From the NCBI GenBank assembly GCA_963791995.1, contig CAWBUQ010000016.1:39535-103534 (forward strand): a stretch of 64,000 nt of DNA, read 5' to 3'. Positions 41,879-55,312 of the stretch are shown here, piece by piece. This DNA is from an uncultured Acidimicrobiaceae bacterium (lineage in GTDB: Bacteria > Actinomycetota > Acidimicrobiia > Acidimicrobiales > RAAP-2). The notes beneath the pieces were generated by a model. That model was not told the DNA's origin and did no database searches. It saw nothing but the letters and a program-made list of their open reading frames with translations. The stretch's first letter is position 1, and each line of letters begins with the position of its first letter. Made by a program: the position numbers and the translations under genes.

Positions 41879-43321
41879 CTAGGACTCTTCGAGGTAGTCC
41901 CGCAGTAGGTGCGCGGCGTCGGGGCGGCGCAGCTTGGCCAGGGTCTTGGACTCGATCTGGCGCACCCGCTCGCGGGTGACGCCGAACTCCTTGCCCACTT
42001 CTTCGAGGGTGCGGATCTTGCCGTCGTCGAGCCCGAAGCGCAGACGGACGACGTCCTGCTCGCGCTCGGAGAGGTGACCGAGCGCCTCGCGCACCGCGGC
42101 GTCGAGCAGTGAGCGCGTCGCCGCGTCGTCGGGCACGACCGCGCCGCGGTCCTCGATCAGATCGGACAGGTTGAAATCGTCCTCGTCGCCGACCGGCTGC
42201 TCGAGCGACACCGTGTCCTGGTTGATGCGCAGGATCTCGCGCACCCGTTCGATCGGCAGTTCGACGCGCAGCGCGACCTCTTCGATCGTCGGCTCGCGCC
42301 CGAGCTCTTGGAGGAGCTGACGCTGCGCCCACACGACCTTGTTGATGGTCTCGACCATGTGCACGGGGATCCGGATGGTGCGCGCCTGGTCGGCGATGGC
42401 CCGCGTGATGGCCTGACGGATCCACCACGTCGCGTAGGTCGAGAACTTGAAGCCCTTGGTGTGGTCGAACTTGTCGACCGCGCGCATCAGGCCGAGGTTC
42501 CCCTCCTGAATCAGGTCGAGGAACGCCAGCCCGCGGTTGCGGTAGCGCTTGGCGATCGAGACCACGAGGCGGAGGTTGGCCTCGATCAGCTCGTCCTTGG
42601 CCTTGAGGCCCTTGCGCATGAGGCGCCGGTTGCGCGTCTGCTCCTCGGGGCTGAGGAGGTCCGAGGCCGGTCCGCCCTCTTCCTCGGCCAGCTCGTGGGC
42701 GGCCAGCCGGCCCGCGGCGAGGTTCCCCGCCTCGATCGTCTGGGCGATCTCCACCTCGAGCTCGGCGTTGAGCAAGCGGGACCCGGCCGATCTCCTTGAG
42801 ATAGGTGTGGACGGGGTCCTCTGCGCTGCCCCCGGACTCGCTCGAACTGGCCCGCCGGCCGCTGGCGTCGCGCCGGGCGGGCGCCCGGGCGCTCCCGTTG
42901 GTGCTGCCGTTCGTTCGATTGCCCGCGCGTGCTCGAGGGTTCCTTGTGCGGCACCACCTCGACGATCGGGATCCTCTTCTTCGTCTTCGACGAGCGCGAC
43001 ACCTTCAGCCGTCACGCAGTCGATCAGCGCGGTGAGGACCTCGGGCGTGAGCTCGACGGTGTGGAGCGCCTCGATCAGCTCCGCCTGCGTCAGCTGTCCT
43101 TTGACGCGCCCGGCCGCGAGCACCGCTTCGAACTCGAGCTGCGAGATGCCGGGTGGCAGCGCGCCGAGACCGATCGGCGTCACCGACGCGTCAGTCGACG
43201 GCACACCACCGGGAGCAAACGCAGACGAGGGTGACGTGCGCGCATCGGTCGGCGACACATCAGACGCGGGACGCGCATCCAGATTCTCGTCGTCGATCAC
43301 GCTTGCCGTCTCTTCGCTCAC
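41879..43321 (-). CDS. rpoD: Primary RNA polymerase sigma factor (sigma-70 group 1), at least 1 frameshift near 42790
   Basis: ..[84 protein letters not shown].. GTG 43321 overlaps the dnaG stop (GTGA). Confidence 0.9.
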   Translation of the reverse strand: MSEETASVIDDENLDARPASDVSPTDARTSPSSAFAPGGVPSTDASVTPIGLGALPPGISQLEFEAVLAAGRVKGQLTQAELIEALHTVELTPEVLTALIDCVTAEGVALVEDEEEDPDRRGGAAQGTLEHARAIERTAAPTGAPGRPPGATPAAGGPVRASPGAAQRTPSTPISRRSAGSRLLNAELEVEIAQTIEAGNLAAGRLAAHELAEEEGGPASDLLSPEEQTRNRRLMRKGLKAKDELIEANLRLVVSIAKRYRNRGLAFLDLIQEGNLGLMRAVDKFDHTKGFKFSTYATWWIRQAITRAIADQARTIRIPVHMVETINKVVWAQRQLLQELGREPTIEEVALRVELPIERVREILRINQDTVSLEQPVGDEDDFNLSDLIEDRGAVVPDDAATRSLLDAAVREALGHLSEREQDVVRLRFGLDDGKIRTLEEVGKEFGVTRERVRQIESKTLAKLRRPDAAHLLRDYLEES

Positions 43322-45243
43322 TCTCGCACGTCCAACTCGGTCTCCCCTCGATCCCTGCTGACTAACCAAGCTACCAACCGATCGGCCGCGTCGTGTCCGG
43401 CGTCGGATTCGTCGAGTTGGTCCAGCCAGAGGCGCACTTGTGCGGTCTCGTGCCGCGCGTGGACTGCCACGTGTCGGCGCCGGCCCGCGACTCCGACCTC
43501 GATCTCGGTCATGGCGCGACGGGCCGCCCCGCGCAACAGCACGGCAACCACCGAGTCCACCGGGTCCCCCAAATTCGGGGTCGCCCGACATCGGCTCTTC
43601 GACTATGACGCGTCGCAACAGGCTGGCCACCTCCGGTGACGCGGACTCCACCGCTTCGTGCACGCTGTCACTCTCCAGCAGCGCCGCAAACGCCTGGCGT
43701 TGCAGCGCATCGGCGAAGAGCACGACATGCACTCGATCTGCTACTTCTTCGGGCCGGTGCACCGCCAGCTTGAGCGCCTCGAGCCCAGGCCCAGGTCGCA
43801 GGGCTGCAGCCTGGGCCATTCCCGCTGCCGAGTCGTCGGGGCCGTAGCTGTCGCCGTCGTCCTCGGGGTACTCCGACGGCGGTGGTTCGTCGCCGCGCGA
43901 GGACCGCTTGCGGCGTCCCGGTGCGCTCTCGACGGGAGGGTGCGCGCGGAGATACTCGAGTCGCTCGCGCAGCTTCGCCGCGTCGACCCGGCAGCGATCG
44001 GCCAGCTGCATGACGTACTGGTCGCGCACCAGATCGTCGGGGTGCTCGGCAACCGCGGTGAGCGCGGCCTCGGCCGCCCGGGCCCGCCCCTCGGCCGTCG
44101 TGAGGTTGCCGGTCCCGAGCATGCGGTCGACGCGGAACTGGAGGAAGGGCCGGGCCTCGCGGATCGCCGTGGCCAGCGCGCCGGGGTCGCGTCCGGGCCA
44201 GGTCACCGGGGTCGCTCCCGCCGGGCAGGTCCGCCACCACGACGTCGACCTCGTGCTTGCGCTCCCACTCGTAGACGCGCGACGTCGCGCTCTGGCCGGC
44301 CGCGTCGGCGTCGTAGGCGAGCACGATGCGCTTGGCGAAGTTGCGCAACAGCGTGAAGTGCTCCTCGGCCAGCGCGGTCCCGCACGTCGCCACCGCCCAC
44401 GGCGCGCCGGCCTGGAAGCACCCGATGACGTCGGTGTAGCCCTCGCACACGACGACCTCGCCCTGCGCGATGATGCCGCTGCTTGGCCCAGTTGAGCGCG
44501 TAGAGCGTGCGCCGCTTCGAGTAGATCGGCGACTCCTGTGAGTTCTTGTACTTCGGCTCCGGCCGCTCCGGCGGTGCCGCCCCGGGTCGCGCCGGGAGGA
44601 TGCGCCCGCCCAACGCGACGGGTCGTCCCGACGGATCGCAGATGGGGAACAGGATGCGCCCGCGGAAGAAGTCCTGTTGCCGGCCGCGCCGGTTGACGAA
44701 GCCGAGCCCGGAGTCCGAGAGCACCTTTTCGGGCAATTTCAGGGCTTTGGCCAAGGCGTCCCAGTCGTCGGGAGCCCAGCCGAGACGGAACTGGCGCACC
44801 ACGGCGCCGTCGTAGCCACGCGAGCGCAGGTAGTCGCGCGCCGGGCCGGCGTCGGGCGCGGAGAGCAGGCGGTCGTGGTACCACGTCACGGCGCGCTCCA
44901 TGGCGTCGAGCAGTTCGGAACGCCGCTTGTGGTCGCGCCCCATCTCGGCGTCTTCGTGCAGCGTGATCCCCGCCCGGTCGGCGAGGAAGCGCACCGCGTC
45001 GACGAAGTCGAGGTGGTCCATGGCGCGCACGAAGCTGATGGCGTCGCCCGAGGCGTGGCAGCCGAAGCAGTAGTAGAAGCCCTCTTCCGCATTGACACTG
45101 AAGGAGGGCGTCTTCTCGGTGTGGAAGGGACACAGGCCGCTCCAGCGCCGACCCACCTTCTTCAGTGCGGCGTGCTCGCTGATCAGGCCGACGATGTCGG
45201 TGGCCGCCCGGACCTGCGCGACCTCCTCGTCCGGTATCCCCAC
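43318..45243 (-). CDS. dnaG: DNA primase DnaG, about 4 frameshifts as assembled
   Basis: [23 protein letters not shown].., zinc finger [30 protein letters not shown] ..[20 protein letters not shown].. Alternative ATG at 45285. Confidence 0.85.
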
Positions 45244-45298
45244 ACCCCGACGGTACCGCGGCGTTGTCGCCGGCCCGGCCGGCACCTACGTTCTGGCG

Positions 45299-45529
45299 AT
45301 GGCTGTCACCATCTACGGCGTCTGCGCCCTGACCTTCATGATGGGCATGTACGCCCTCGAGGCGCGCGGCCGGGCGTTCATCTTGGCCTTCGCGCTCGGG
45401 TGCGCCCTGTCGAGCTCCTACGGCTTCTTGTCCGGGGCCTGGCCTTTCGGCGTGGTCGAGGCCGTCTGGACCCTCATCGCGCTCCGGCGCTACGTCCTCG
45501 CCGGACGCCCGCAACAGTCGGCGCCCTGA
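45299..45529 (+). CDS. Small two-TM membrane protein
   Basis: [62 protein letters not shown].. Only the 3' part of ORF 45092-45529 looks coding; the rest is antisense to dnaG. Confidence 0.5.
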   Translation: MAVTIYGVCALTFMMGMYALEARGRAFILAFALGCALSSSYGFLSGAWPFGVVEAVWTLIALRRYVLAGRPQQSAP

Positions 45530-45641
45530 GTGCCCGGAGTGCGGAGTGCCCTGAGGCTTCTGGTCGGGACCGGGTGCGGATGCCGGGACCGGGTGCGGAT
45601 GCCGGGACCGGGGTCTCCTCCCCGAGCTCCCCGCTCCCCCG

Positions 45642-48321
<2,680 letters not shown>

Positions 48322-48408
48322 CGGGCCTCCTTGCCCTGGACGGCCGGCCGCGCGTGGTCGCGGCACTGCGCTCATCACCCGTCCCGACCTGGGACGAGCC
48401 AAGCCAGC

Positions 48409-48942
48409 CTACTTTCCCTGCGGCTTTCCCTCGGGCGGCTCATCCCCGGTTTTCGACGGGTCGGCGCCCCTGTCCCACTCGTCACCGATGCCGCGCACCT
48501 GGTGCTGGAAGACCTCCTTGGCCTGGCGCATGTAGTCACGCACGATCGCCAGCTCCTCGAGCGCGAAGCGCTGCGAGACCCGGCGCATCTCGTCTGCAAC
48601 AGGGCGCTGCAGATCGGAGAGCCTGTCCTGCGCCTCGGGCACGATCTCGACCCACACCCGGCGGCGGTCCTCGGTGTCGCGCCGCCGGGTCACCATGCCC
48701 GCCGCCTCGAGCCGGTCCAGAATGAAGGTCACCGCGCCGGTGGTCAGGGCCGCCTCCTCGGCGAGGTGGCCCGCGGTGATCGGCCCCAGTCGGCCAATAA
48801 GGTCGAGACAGCGCATGTCGGTCCGACTCAGCTTCAGCGTCTTGGCCAGGCCACCCTCGAACTCGCTCGCCGCGCCCAGGTACCCCATGATCTCGCTGCG
48901 CAGCTGCTGGCCCAGCTCCGACCGCGACCATTGTCTTGACAC
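48409..48942 (-). CDS. MarR-family transcriptional regulator (start uncertain)
   Basis: Winged HTH ..LSRTDMRCLDLIGRLGPITAGHLAEEAALTTGAVTFILDRLEAAGMVTRRRDTEDRRRVWVEI.. Confidence 0.8.
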   Translation of the reverse strand: MSRQWSRSELGQQLRSEIMGYLGAASEFEGGLAKTLKLSRTDMRCLDLIGRLGPITAGHLAEEAALTTGAVTFILDRLEAAGMVTRRRDTEDRRRVWVEIVPEAQDRLSDLQRPVADEMRRVSQRFALEELAIVRDYMRQAKEVFQHQVRGIGDEWDRGADPSKTGDEPPEGKPQGK

Positions 48943-48949
48943 GTAAATA

Positions 48950-48964
48950 ACTTTAGCACTAAGT
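48950..48964. promoter_or_regulatory. Imperfect palindrome in the AT-rich MarR/ABC divergent intergenic region (candidate operator)
   Basis: ACTTTAG-ca-CTAAGT within acgtaaataactttagcactaagtttctttgtta, the only AT-rich stretch locally. Confidence 0.3.
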
Positions 48965-48974
48965 TTCTTTGTTA

Positions 48975-50036
48975 ATGGCAATTTCTCCGACAGCTTCTCT
49001 GGCCGTGGAGGCCCACGATCTGGTCAAGGTCTTCCCCCGCGGCAACGTGCGGGCGCTCGACGAGGTCTCCATCGCCGTCGAGACCGGGACCGTGCTCGGC
49101 CTCTTGGGCCCGAACGGCGCCGGCAAGACGACGGCGGTGCGCATCCTCTCGACCATCCTCGAGCCCGACTCTGGCACCGCCACCATCTTGGGCCACGACG
49201 TCGTCAAGGAGCCCGAGGTGGTGCGGCGCCTCATCGGACTGGCCGGCCAGTACGCCACCGTCGACGAGAACCTGACCGGTCGCGAGAACATCTACATGGT
49301 CGGACGGCTCACCCACCTCAGCCGCAAGACCTCGACCATGCGGGCCGTCGAGCTCTTGGAGGTCTTCGGCCTCTCCGACGCCGGCGACCGCGTCCTCAAG
49401 ACCTACTCGGGCGGGATGCGGCGCCGCCTCGACCTGGCCGCCGCCCTCGTCGCCAGTCCCCCGGTCCTCTTCTTGGACGAGCCGACCACCGGCCTCGATC
49501 CCCAGAGCCGCCAGGACCTGTGGGGCGTGATCGAGGAGCTGGTGCGCGAAGGCACGACGGTCCTGCTCACCACCCAGTACCTCGAGGAGGCCGACCGCCT
49601 CGCCCGGGACATCGTGGTGATCGATCACGGCCACGTGATCGCCGAAGGCACGCCGGCCGAGCTCAAGGCCGACCTCGGCACCTCGGTGGTCTCGGTGACG
49701 CTCGGCACTCGTGAGATCGTGGCGACCGCGCTGAGCTTGCTCGCCCCCCTCACCGCCAAGGAGCCCGTCGTCGACAACGCCACGGTGGAGCTGACGGTCG
49801 AGAACGGTCCTGCGGTCGGCGCCGAGGTCCTGCGCGCCCTCGACGCCGCCCAGATCCCCGTCAGCGGGTTGGCGCTGCGCGAGCCCAGCCTCGACGACGT
49901 CTTCTTGAGCCTCACCGGACACAAGACCGAAGCCGAGACCGACGACGAGCGGACGGCCCGCAAGAGCGCAGGGCGCCGACGCGCCGCCGCCGCCGCCGAC
50001 AGCGACGGCACGACTGACGGAAAGGACGCCGCATGA
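48975..50036 (+). CDS. ABC transporter ATP-binding protein (DrrA/ABC-2 exporter type)
   Basis: Walker A GPNGAGKTT, signature YSGGMRRRLDLAAAL, Walker B LFLDEPTTGLD, C-terminal DrrA-like domain. Intact. Confidence 0.85.
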   Translation: MAISPTASLAVEAHDLVKVFPRGNVRALDEVSIAVETGTVLGLLGPNGAGKTTAVRILSTILEPDSGTATILGHDVVKEPEVVRRLIGLAGQYATVDENLTGRENIYMVGRLTHLSRKTSTMRAVELLEVFGLSDAGDRVLKTYSGGMRRRLDLAAALVASPPVLFLDEPTTGLDPQSRQDLWGVIEELVREGTTVLLTTQYLEEADRLARDIVVIDHGHVIAEGTPAELKADLGTSVVSVTLGTREIVATALSLLAPLTAKEPVVDNATVELTVENGPAVGAEVLRALDAAQIPVSGLALREPSLDDVFLSLTGHKTEAETDDERTARKSAGRRRAAAAADSDGTTDGKDAA

Positions 50037-50854
50037 CGACGGTCGCACTCCCCCAGCTCAAAGAGCAGACGGCGATGGCCGGCGGCGGCCGGCTGAGCTG
50101 GGCCCTGCAGGACACGTTGACGGTCACGTGGCGGAACCTCAAGGCGCTGATGCGGACCCAGGAGCAGGTGTTCTTCGCGGCGGTGCAGCCGATCATGTTC
50201 ACGCTGCTCTTCGTCTACGTCTTCGGCGGCGCCATCCACACCTCGGTCCCCTACGTCGACTACCTCATCCCGGGCATTTACGTGCAGACCGTCGCTTTCG
50301 GCGCGGTGACCACCGCCGTCGGCCTCTCCGAGGATTTGTCCAAGGGACTGATCGAGCGCTTCCGGGCGCTGCCGATGGCCCGCTCGGCCGTGCTCGGGGG
50401 ACGCACGACGGCGGACCTGGTGCGCAACGTCTTCGTGGTCCTCCTCATCACCGCGGTCGGCTTCGCCGTCGGCTTTCGCATCTCGACCAACTTCGGCCTC
50501 TTCCTCCTGGGCGCGCTGATCGTGTTGCTCTTCAGCTACACGCTCTGCTGGGGCTTCGCCACGGTCGGACTCTCGGCGCCCAATGCCGAGACGGCGCAGA
50601 CGATGGTGTTCCCGATCCTCTTCCCCTTCATCTTCGCCTCGTCGGCCTTCGTCCCGGTGAGCGCCATGCCGGGCTGGCTCCAGGCGTTCGCCCAACACCA
50701 ACCGGTGACCCAGGTGGTCGACGCCGCCCGCTCGCTCATGGTGGGCGGGACGCTGCAGGACACGCGCGCCGTGTGGGCGGCCCTGGCATGGTGCTTCGGA
50801 CTCCTGATCGTCCTGGCGCCGCTGGCGGTCCGCAAGTACCGCAAGGTCGCCTGA
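50033..50854 (+). CDS. ABC-2 type transporter permease (DrrB-like)
   Basis: ATGA overlap with the upstream ATPase gene. Six TM segments, ..GLIERFRALPMARSAVLGGRT.. Confidence 0.85.
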   Translation: MTTVALPQLKEQTAMAGGGRLSWALQDTLTVTWRNLKALMRTQEQVFFAAVQPIMFTLLFVYVFGGAIHTSVPYVDYLIPGIYVQTVAFGAVTTAVGLSEDLSKGLIERFRALPMARSAVLGGRTTADLVRNVFVVLLITAVGFAVGFRISTNFGLFLLGALIVLLFSYTLCWGFATVGLSAPNAETAQTMVFPILFPFIFASSAFVPVSAMPGWLQAFAQHQPVTQVVDAARSLMVGGTLQDTRAVWAALAWCFGLLIVLAPLAVRKYRKVA

Positions 50855-50889
50855 GCGACCGCCCCCGCTCCCGCCACTCCTCGCCCGGT

Positions 50890-52237
50890 CTACGCCTCGC
50901 CGGTGCGGCGGCGCAGTTCGGCCACCAGTCCGTCGATGGGCACGCGCACCTGCTCGGTCGTGTCGCGGTCACGCACCGTCACCGCGTTGTCCTCGAGCGA
51001 GTCGAAGTCGACGGTCACGCACCACGGCGTGCCCACTTCGTCCTGGCGGCGGTAGCGCTTGCCGATGCCCTGCGTCACGTCGTAGTCGCACATGAAGTGG
51101 GGCTGGAGGGCCTTGAGGACCTAACGGGCCAGCGGGCTCGAGCGTGTCCTTCTTCGACAGCGGCAGGACCGCCACTTGATAGGGCGCCAGGCTCCAGTGC
51201 AGGCGCAGCACCGTGCGCGGCTCTCCCCCGACCTCGTCCTCGGTGTAGGCCGCGAGCAAGAAGGCCATCATGGTGCGGGTGGCGCCGGCCGCCGGCTCAA
51301 TCACATAGGGCGTGTAGCGCTCGTTCGCCTGTGTGTCGTAGTAATCGAGCTTCTCCCCCGATGCCTTGGCGTGCGCCGTCAGGTCGTAGTCGCCGCGGTT
51401 GGCGATCCCCTCGAGCTCGTCCCAGCCCCAGGGGAAGAGGAACTCGACGTCGGCCGTGCCGAGTGAGTAGTGCGACAGCTCGCTCTGCTCGTGGTGGCGC
51501 AGCCGCAACTGGTCGGCCGGGATGCCAAGGCGCAGGTACCAGTCCATGCGCTCCTTGAGCCAGTACTCGAACCACGTCGGCGCCTCGTCGGGCGGGACGA
51601 AGTACTCGAGCTCCATCTGCTCGAACTCGCGGGTGCGGAAGACGAAGTTCTGCGGCGTGATCTCGTTGCGGAAGGACTTGCCGACCTGGGCGATGCCGAA
51701 CGGCGGCTTCTTGCGCGTCGTGCCGAGCACGTTGGCGAAGTTGGTGAACATGCCCTGGGCGGTCTCGGGCCGCAGGTAGGCGATGTGGCCCTCGTCCTCG
51801 ACCGGACCGGCATGGGTCTTGAACATCAGGTTGAAGGCCCGGGCCTCGGTCAGGTCGTGCGAGCCGCAGTTGGGGCAGACGCCCTGAATCTTGTCGGCTC
51901 GCCAGCGCTCGTGGCAGTTCTTGCAGTCGACCAGGGGGTCGGTGAAGGTGGCCAGGTGGCCCGAGGCCTCCCAGACGGCCGGCGGGCCGAGGATGGCCGC
52001 GTCGAGCCCGACCACGTCGTCGCGCTCTTGGACCATGGCGCGCCACCACGCGTTCTTGACGTTGCGCAGCATGTTGACCCCGAGCGGGCCGTAGTCGTAG
52101 GTGGAGCGGAAGCCGCCGTAGATCTCGGCCGACGGGAAGATGAAGCCCCGGTGGCGGCAGAGGCGCACCACCTTCTCCATCAGGTCGTCGGGGGCATCTT
52201 CGCTCGGCCCGGCGCCGGCCGTGTCGGTCTCTGTCAT
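50890..52237 (-). CDS. glyQS: Glycine--tRNA ligase (alpha2 GlyQS type), 1 frameshift near 51100
   Basis: ..[20 protein letters not shown].., ..[12 protein letters not shown].., ..[10 protein letters not shown].., ..[11 protein letters not shown].., C-terminal anticodon-binding ..[19 protein letters not shown].. Confidence 0.9.
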
Positions 52238-53323
52238 CGGTGCAGGTTACCGGAGCCGATTCTGGCGCTGACCTCGTTGGCCAGGAGGCGACCCCGCACC
52301 GTGAGCACGGCCCGGTCCCCCTCGCGCCGCACCAGTCCCTCGAGCCCGGACGGATCGTCCAACGCGTCCCCATGGCACCCCACGGCGCGTGCGCAGCGCG
52401 AGGGTGAGCGCCTCGAACTCGCGCTGATCCGCCGTGAGCTCCTCGCGTCCGGCCTCGGGCGAACGACCAGCGGCCACCGCGTCGATGTAGCGGTCCGGCG
52501 TGCGGACGTTCCACCAGCGGACGCCGTCGCCGTGCGAGTGCGCCGCCGACCCGATGCCCACGTAGTCGCCCTGCTCCCAGTAGAGGTGGTTGTGCGCGCA
52601 CTCGTGGCCGGGCCGGGCCCAGTTGGAGATCTCCTCCCACTCGTACCCGGCGGCGCCGAGAAGAGCGTCGGCCAGCTCGTAGCGGCGGGCCTCGGTGTCG
52701 TCGTCGGGGTGGCGCGTCGCGTCGCGGGCGAGCGGCGTCCCCGGCTCGACCGTCAAGCCGTACGCACTGAGGTGCGGCGGCGGGTGCTCGAGGGAGAGGA
52801 CGCTCTCGAGGGTGGCCACCCAGTCGGCGTCGCTCTCGGTGGCGGCACCGAAGATGAGGTCGAGGTTCCACGTTGCGAAGCCGGCCGCGGCGACCGCGCC
52901 GGCAATGCGCTCGGCGGCGTCCGGGACCACACGCCGGCCGAGACCGACGAGGACGTGGTCGTGCGTCGACTGCAGCCCGAAGGAGACGCGGGTGACCCCG
53001 GCGCGCCGGTAGGCGCCGAGGTGCGCGTCGTCGGCGTCCTCGGGATTGCACTCGACGGTGACCTCCGCCTCGGGCGCGCGCGGGATGGCCTCGAGGATGC
53101 GGCACAAGGTATCGGGATGGAGGCGGGACGGCGTCCCCCCTCCGAAGAAGACCGAGGTCGGCAGCGCGAGGTCGGCTTCCCCGAAGACGCGCTGCACATC
53201 GAGGACGCACGCGTCGGCGTAGCGCTCCATGAGATGGTCGCGGTCGGTGTAGGTGGCGAAGGCGCAGTAGTCGCAGCGCTCCCGGCAGAACGGGACGTGG
53301 ACGTAGACGCCGAACGCGCTCAA
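52234..53323 (-). CDS. hemW: Radical SAM heme chaperone HemW / HemN-like, 1 frameshift (extra C in cccc 52368-52371)
   Basis: TTG start. YVHVPFCRERCDYCAF (CxxxCxxC), ..FFGGGTPS.. Removing one C restores ..PWDALDDPSGLEGLV..RGRLLANEV..* ending in ATGA with the glyQS start. Confidence 0.8.
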
Positions 53324-54054
53324 AGGCCGGCGGAGGAACGCACCGAGCGGAGGCGGCGGTCGAGGTGGACCTCCATCGCCTCGGTGGCCAGCTCGGCGAC
53401 CTCGTCGGCGCCGGGCGGCGGCGGCGGGCGCAGCACCGAGGCCAGGTCGCCGCCGAGGATGCGGCGCAGCAGGCCCAGCGCGGCCGGGCTCATGGGACGC
53501 CCGCTGCGGTGGGCGCGGCAGAGCGTGCCCCCCGCCACGAGGTCGAACGCCACCAGCTCGACGGTGCCGTCGGGCTCGCCGCAGGCGGCGCACTCGCTCA
53601 GCACGGGGCCCGCACCTTCGAGGACGAGCGCCTTCAAGAAGAACGCCGGTGCGAGGAGGGTCGAGTCGGACGCGTCGTCGGCCAGCGCGCGCAGCGCGCC
53701 GACCAGCATGGAGTACAGGCGCGGGTCGGGGTGGCGCTCCTGGGCCATCTGGTCGGTCACCTCGAGCAGCGACATGCCGCGCGCGATGCGCGCCAGGTCC
53801 TCGCGCACCGTGCGGAAGGCGTCGACCACCTCGACCTGGTTGACGATGTCGAGGTCGCCCCTCCCCTGCCACAGCAACAGGTCGACGTGTGTCAACGGCT
53901 CGAGCCGCGCCCCGAACTTCGACGTGGTCTTGCGCACGCCCTTGGCCACGGCGCGCACCTTGCCGTGTCGCTCGGTGAGGAAGACGATGATCTTGTCGGC
54001 CTCGCCGAGGCGGTAGGTGCGCAGGACGACACCCTTGTCGCGAAAGAGGCTCAT
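53320..54054 (-). CDS. recO: DNA repair protein RecO
   Basis: MSLFRDKGVVLRTYRLGEADKIIVFLTERHGKVRAVAKGVRK.., Zn motif ..CAACGE....LCRAH.. Intact. Confidence 0.85.
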   Translation of the reverse strand: MSLFRDKGVVLRTYRLGEADKIIVFLTERHGKVRAVAKGVRKTTSKFGARLEPLTHVDLLLWQGRGDLDIVNQVEVVDAFRTVREDLARIARGMSLLEVTDQMAQERHPDPRLYSMLVGALRALADDASDSTLLAPAFFLKALVLEGAGPVLSECAACGEPDGTVELVAFDLVAGGTLCRAHRSGRPMSPAALGLLRRILGGDLASVLRPPPPPGADEVAELATEAMEVHLDRRLRSVRSSAGL

Positions 54055-54416
54055 GCGCCACCGGCGCCGGGGCTGCCTCCACTGCCGACGGAGGGTCGTT
54101 GCGACGGGCGCAGTGCAGGGTCGAGCGGGCAGTAGCGCTCGCCCTGGCGCGCCGCCTCGGCGGTGGCCCGGCGGGCGTCGGCGGCGCGGTCGGCCGCCCG
54201 GTCGTGCGCCTCTTGGGCCGGCCGGTTTCGCTCCTGTACCGCGGCGTAGTGGGAGCGCCGGCCATAGAGGAGGTTGCCCGCCCCGATCAGCGCGACGATC
54301 GCGACCACCACGATCACCACGGTGCGCAGGCCATAGGGCCCGCCCACGACGACGACGATGGCGAAGGCAGTGAGCAGGGCGATCCCGACCGCCACGGCGA
54401 TCCGGCTGAAGGTCAT
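54051..54416 (-). CDS. Small membrane protein (hypothetical)
   Basis: Two TM segments (IAVAVGIALLTAFAIVVVVGG, VVIVVVAIVALIGAGNLL). ATGA overlap with the recO start. Confidence 0.45.
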   Translation of the reverse strand: MTFSRIAVAVGIALLTAFAIVVVVGGPYGLRTVVIVVVAIVALIGAGNLLYGRRSHYAAVQERNRPAQEAHDRAADRAADARRATAEAARQGERYCPLDPALRPSQRPSVGSGGSPGAGGA

Positions 54417-54444
54417 AGGACCCCCCATTCTCGCATCCCGAGCC

Positions 54445-55203
54445 TCAGGGCGTGACGGCGCCGAAGCGGCGCACCCGCCGCTGGAACTCCATCACCGCCT
54501 CGTAGAGGTGGCGGCGCCGCATGTCGGGCCACAAGACATCGGGGAACACCAGCTCGCTGTACGCGATCTCCCAGAGCAAGAAGTTCGAGATGCGCGTCTC
54601 CCCCGACGTCCGCACCACCAGGTCGGGGTCGGGCATGTCGGGGAAGTAGAGGTGGCGTCGGATGGCCTTCTCGTCGACCTTGCTGGCCGGGACGCCCTCG
54701 GCGACCAGGGCGCGCACAGCGTCGACGATCTCGGCGCGGCCCCCGTAATTGAAGGCCATCGTCATGACCATGCGGTCGTTGTGCTTGGTCAGCTCGATCG
54801 ACTCGTCCATGCGCTTGAGCACCCGGCGAGGCACCCGCCAGTCGCGCCGGCCCGCGAAGCGGATCTGCACCCCCTTTTCGTTGAGCTCGTCGCGCCGGCG
54901 CATCAGCAGCGACTGGTTGAAGTTCATGAGGTAGCGCACCTCGTCGGGCGGGCGCCGCCAGTTCTCGGTCGAGAAGGCGTAGAGGGTGATCCACTTGATG
55001 CCGATCTCGAGAGCGCCGTTGACGACATCGAGCAGCGCGGTCTCCCCGGCGGCGTGGCCTTCGGTTCGCGGCAGCCCACGGGCGCTGGCCCAGCGACCGT
55101 TGCCGTCCATGACGCAGCCCACATGGGTGGGCACCCGGTCCAGGTCGAGCTCGGGCGGGATCGGATCCGGTGCGCCGTCGAGGTCGTGGGCCGTCGAGGT
55201 CAC
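54445..55203 (-). CDS. uppS: Isoprenyl (undecaprenyl/decaprenyl) diphosphate synthase, cis-prenyltransferase
   Basis: HVGCVMDGNGRWA.., GHAAGETALLDVV.., ITLYAFSTENWRRP.., ..RTSGETRISNFLLWE.. Confidence 0.9.
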   Translation of the reverse strand: MTSTAHDLDGAPDPIPPELDLDRVPTHVGCVMDGNGRWASARGLPRTEGHAAGETALLDVVNGALEIGIKWITLYAFSTENWRRPPDEVRYLMNFNQSLLMRRRDELNEKGVQIRFAGRRDWRVPRRVLKRMDESIELTKHNDRMVMTMAFNYGGRAEIVDAVRALVAEGVPASKVDEKAIRRHLYFPDMPDPDLVVRTSGETRISNFLLWEIAYSELVFPDVLWPDMRRRHLYEAVMEFQRRVRRFGAVTP

Positions 55204-55312
55204 ACGCCGAACCTACCCCGTCCGCCCCTTTCCCAGGTTGGTCCCAGTGCGCTCCGAGGATTTCTGGGCGACAATGGCGGCGCCGTTTTGGCGAGGGCAA
55301 GGAGGGTGCGAG

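Noticed and set aside
51297-54265. Long ORFs 51470-54016 (+, 848 aa), 51297-53210 (-, 637 aa), and the upstream part of 52247-54265 (-, 672 aa) beyond 53323
   Set aside because: These are off-frame or antisense to glyQS, hemW and recO. Only the frames carrying the aaRS, radical-SAM and RecO motifs are credible.
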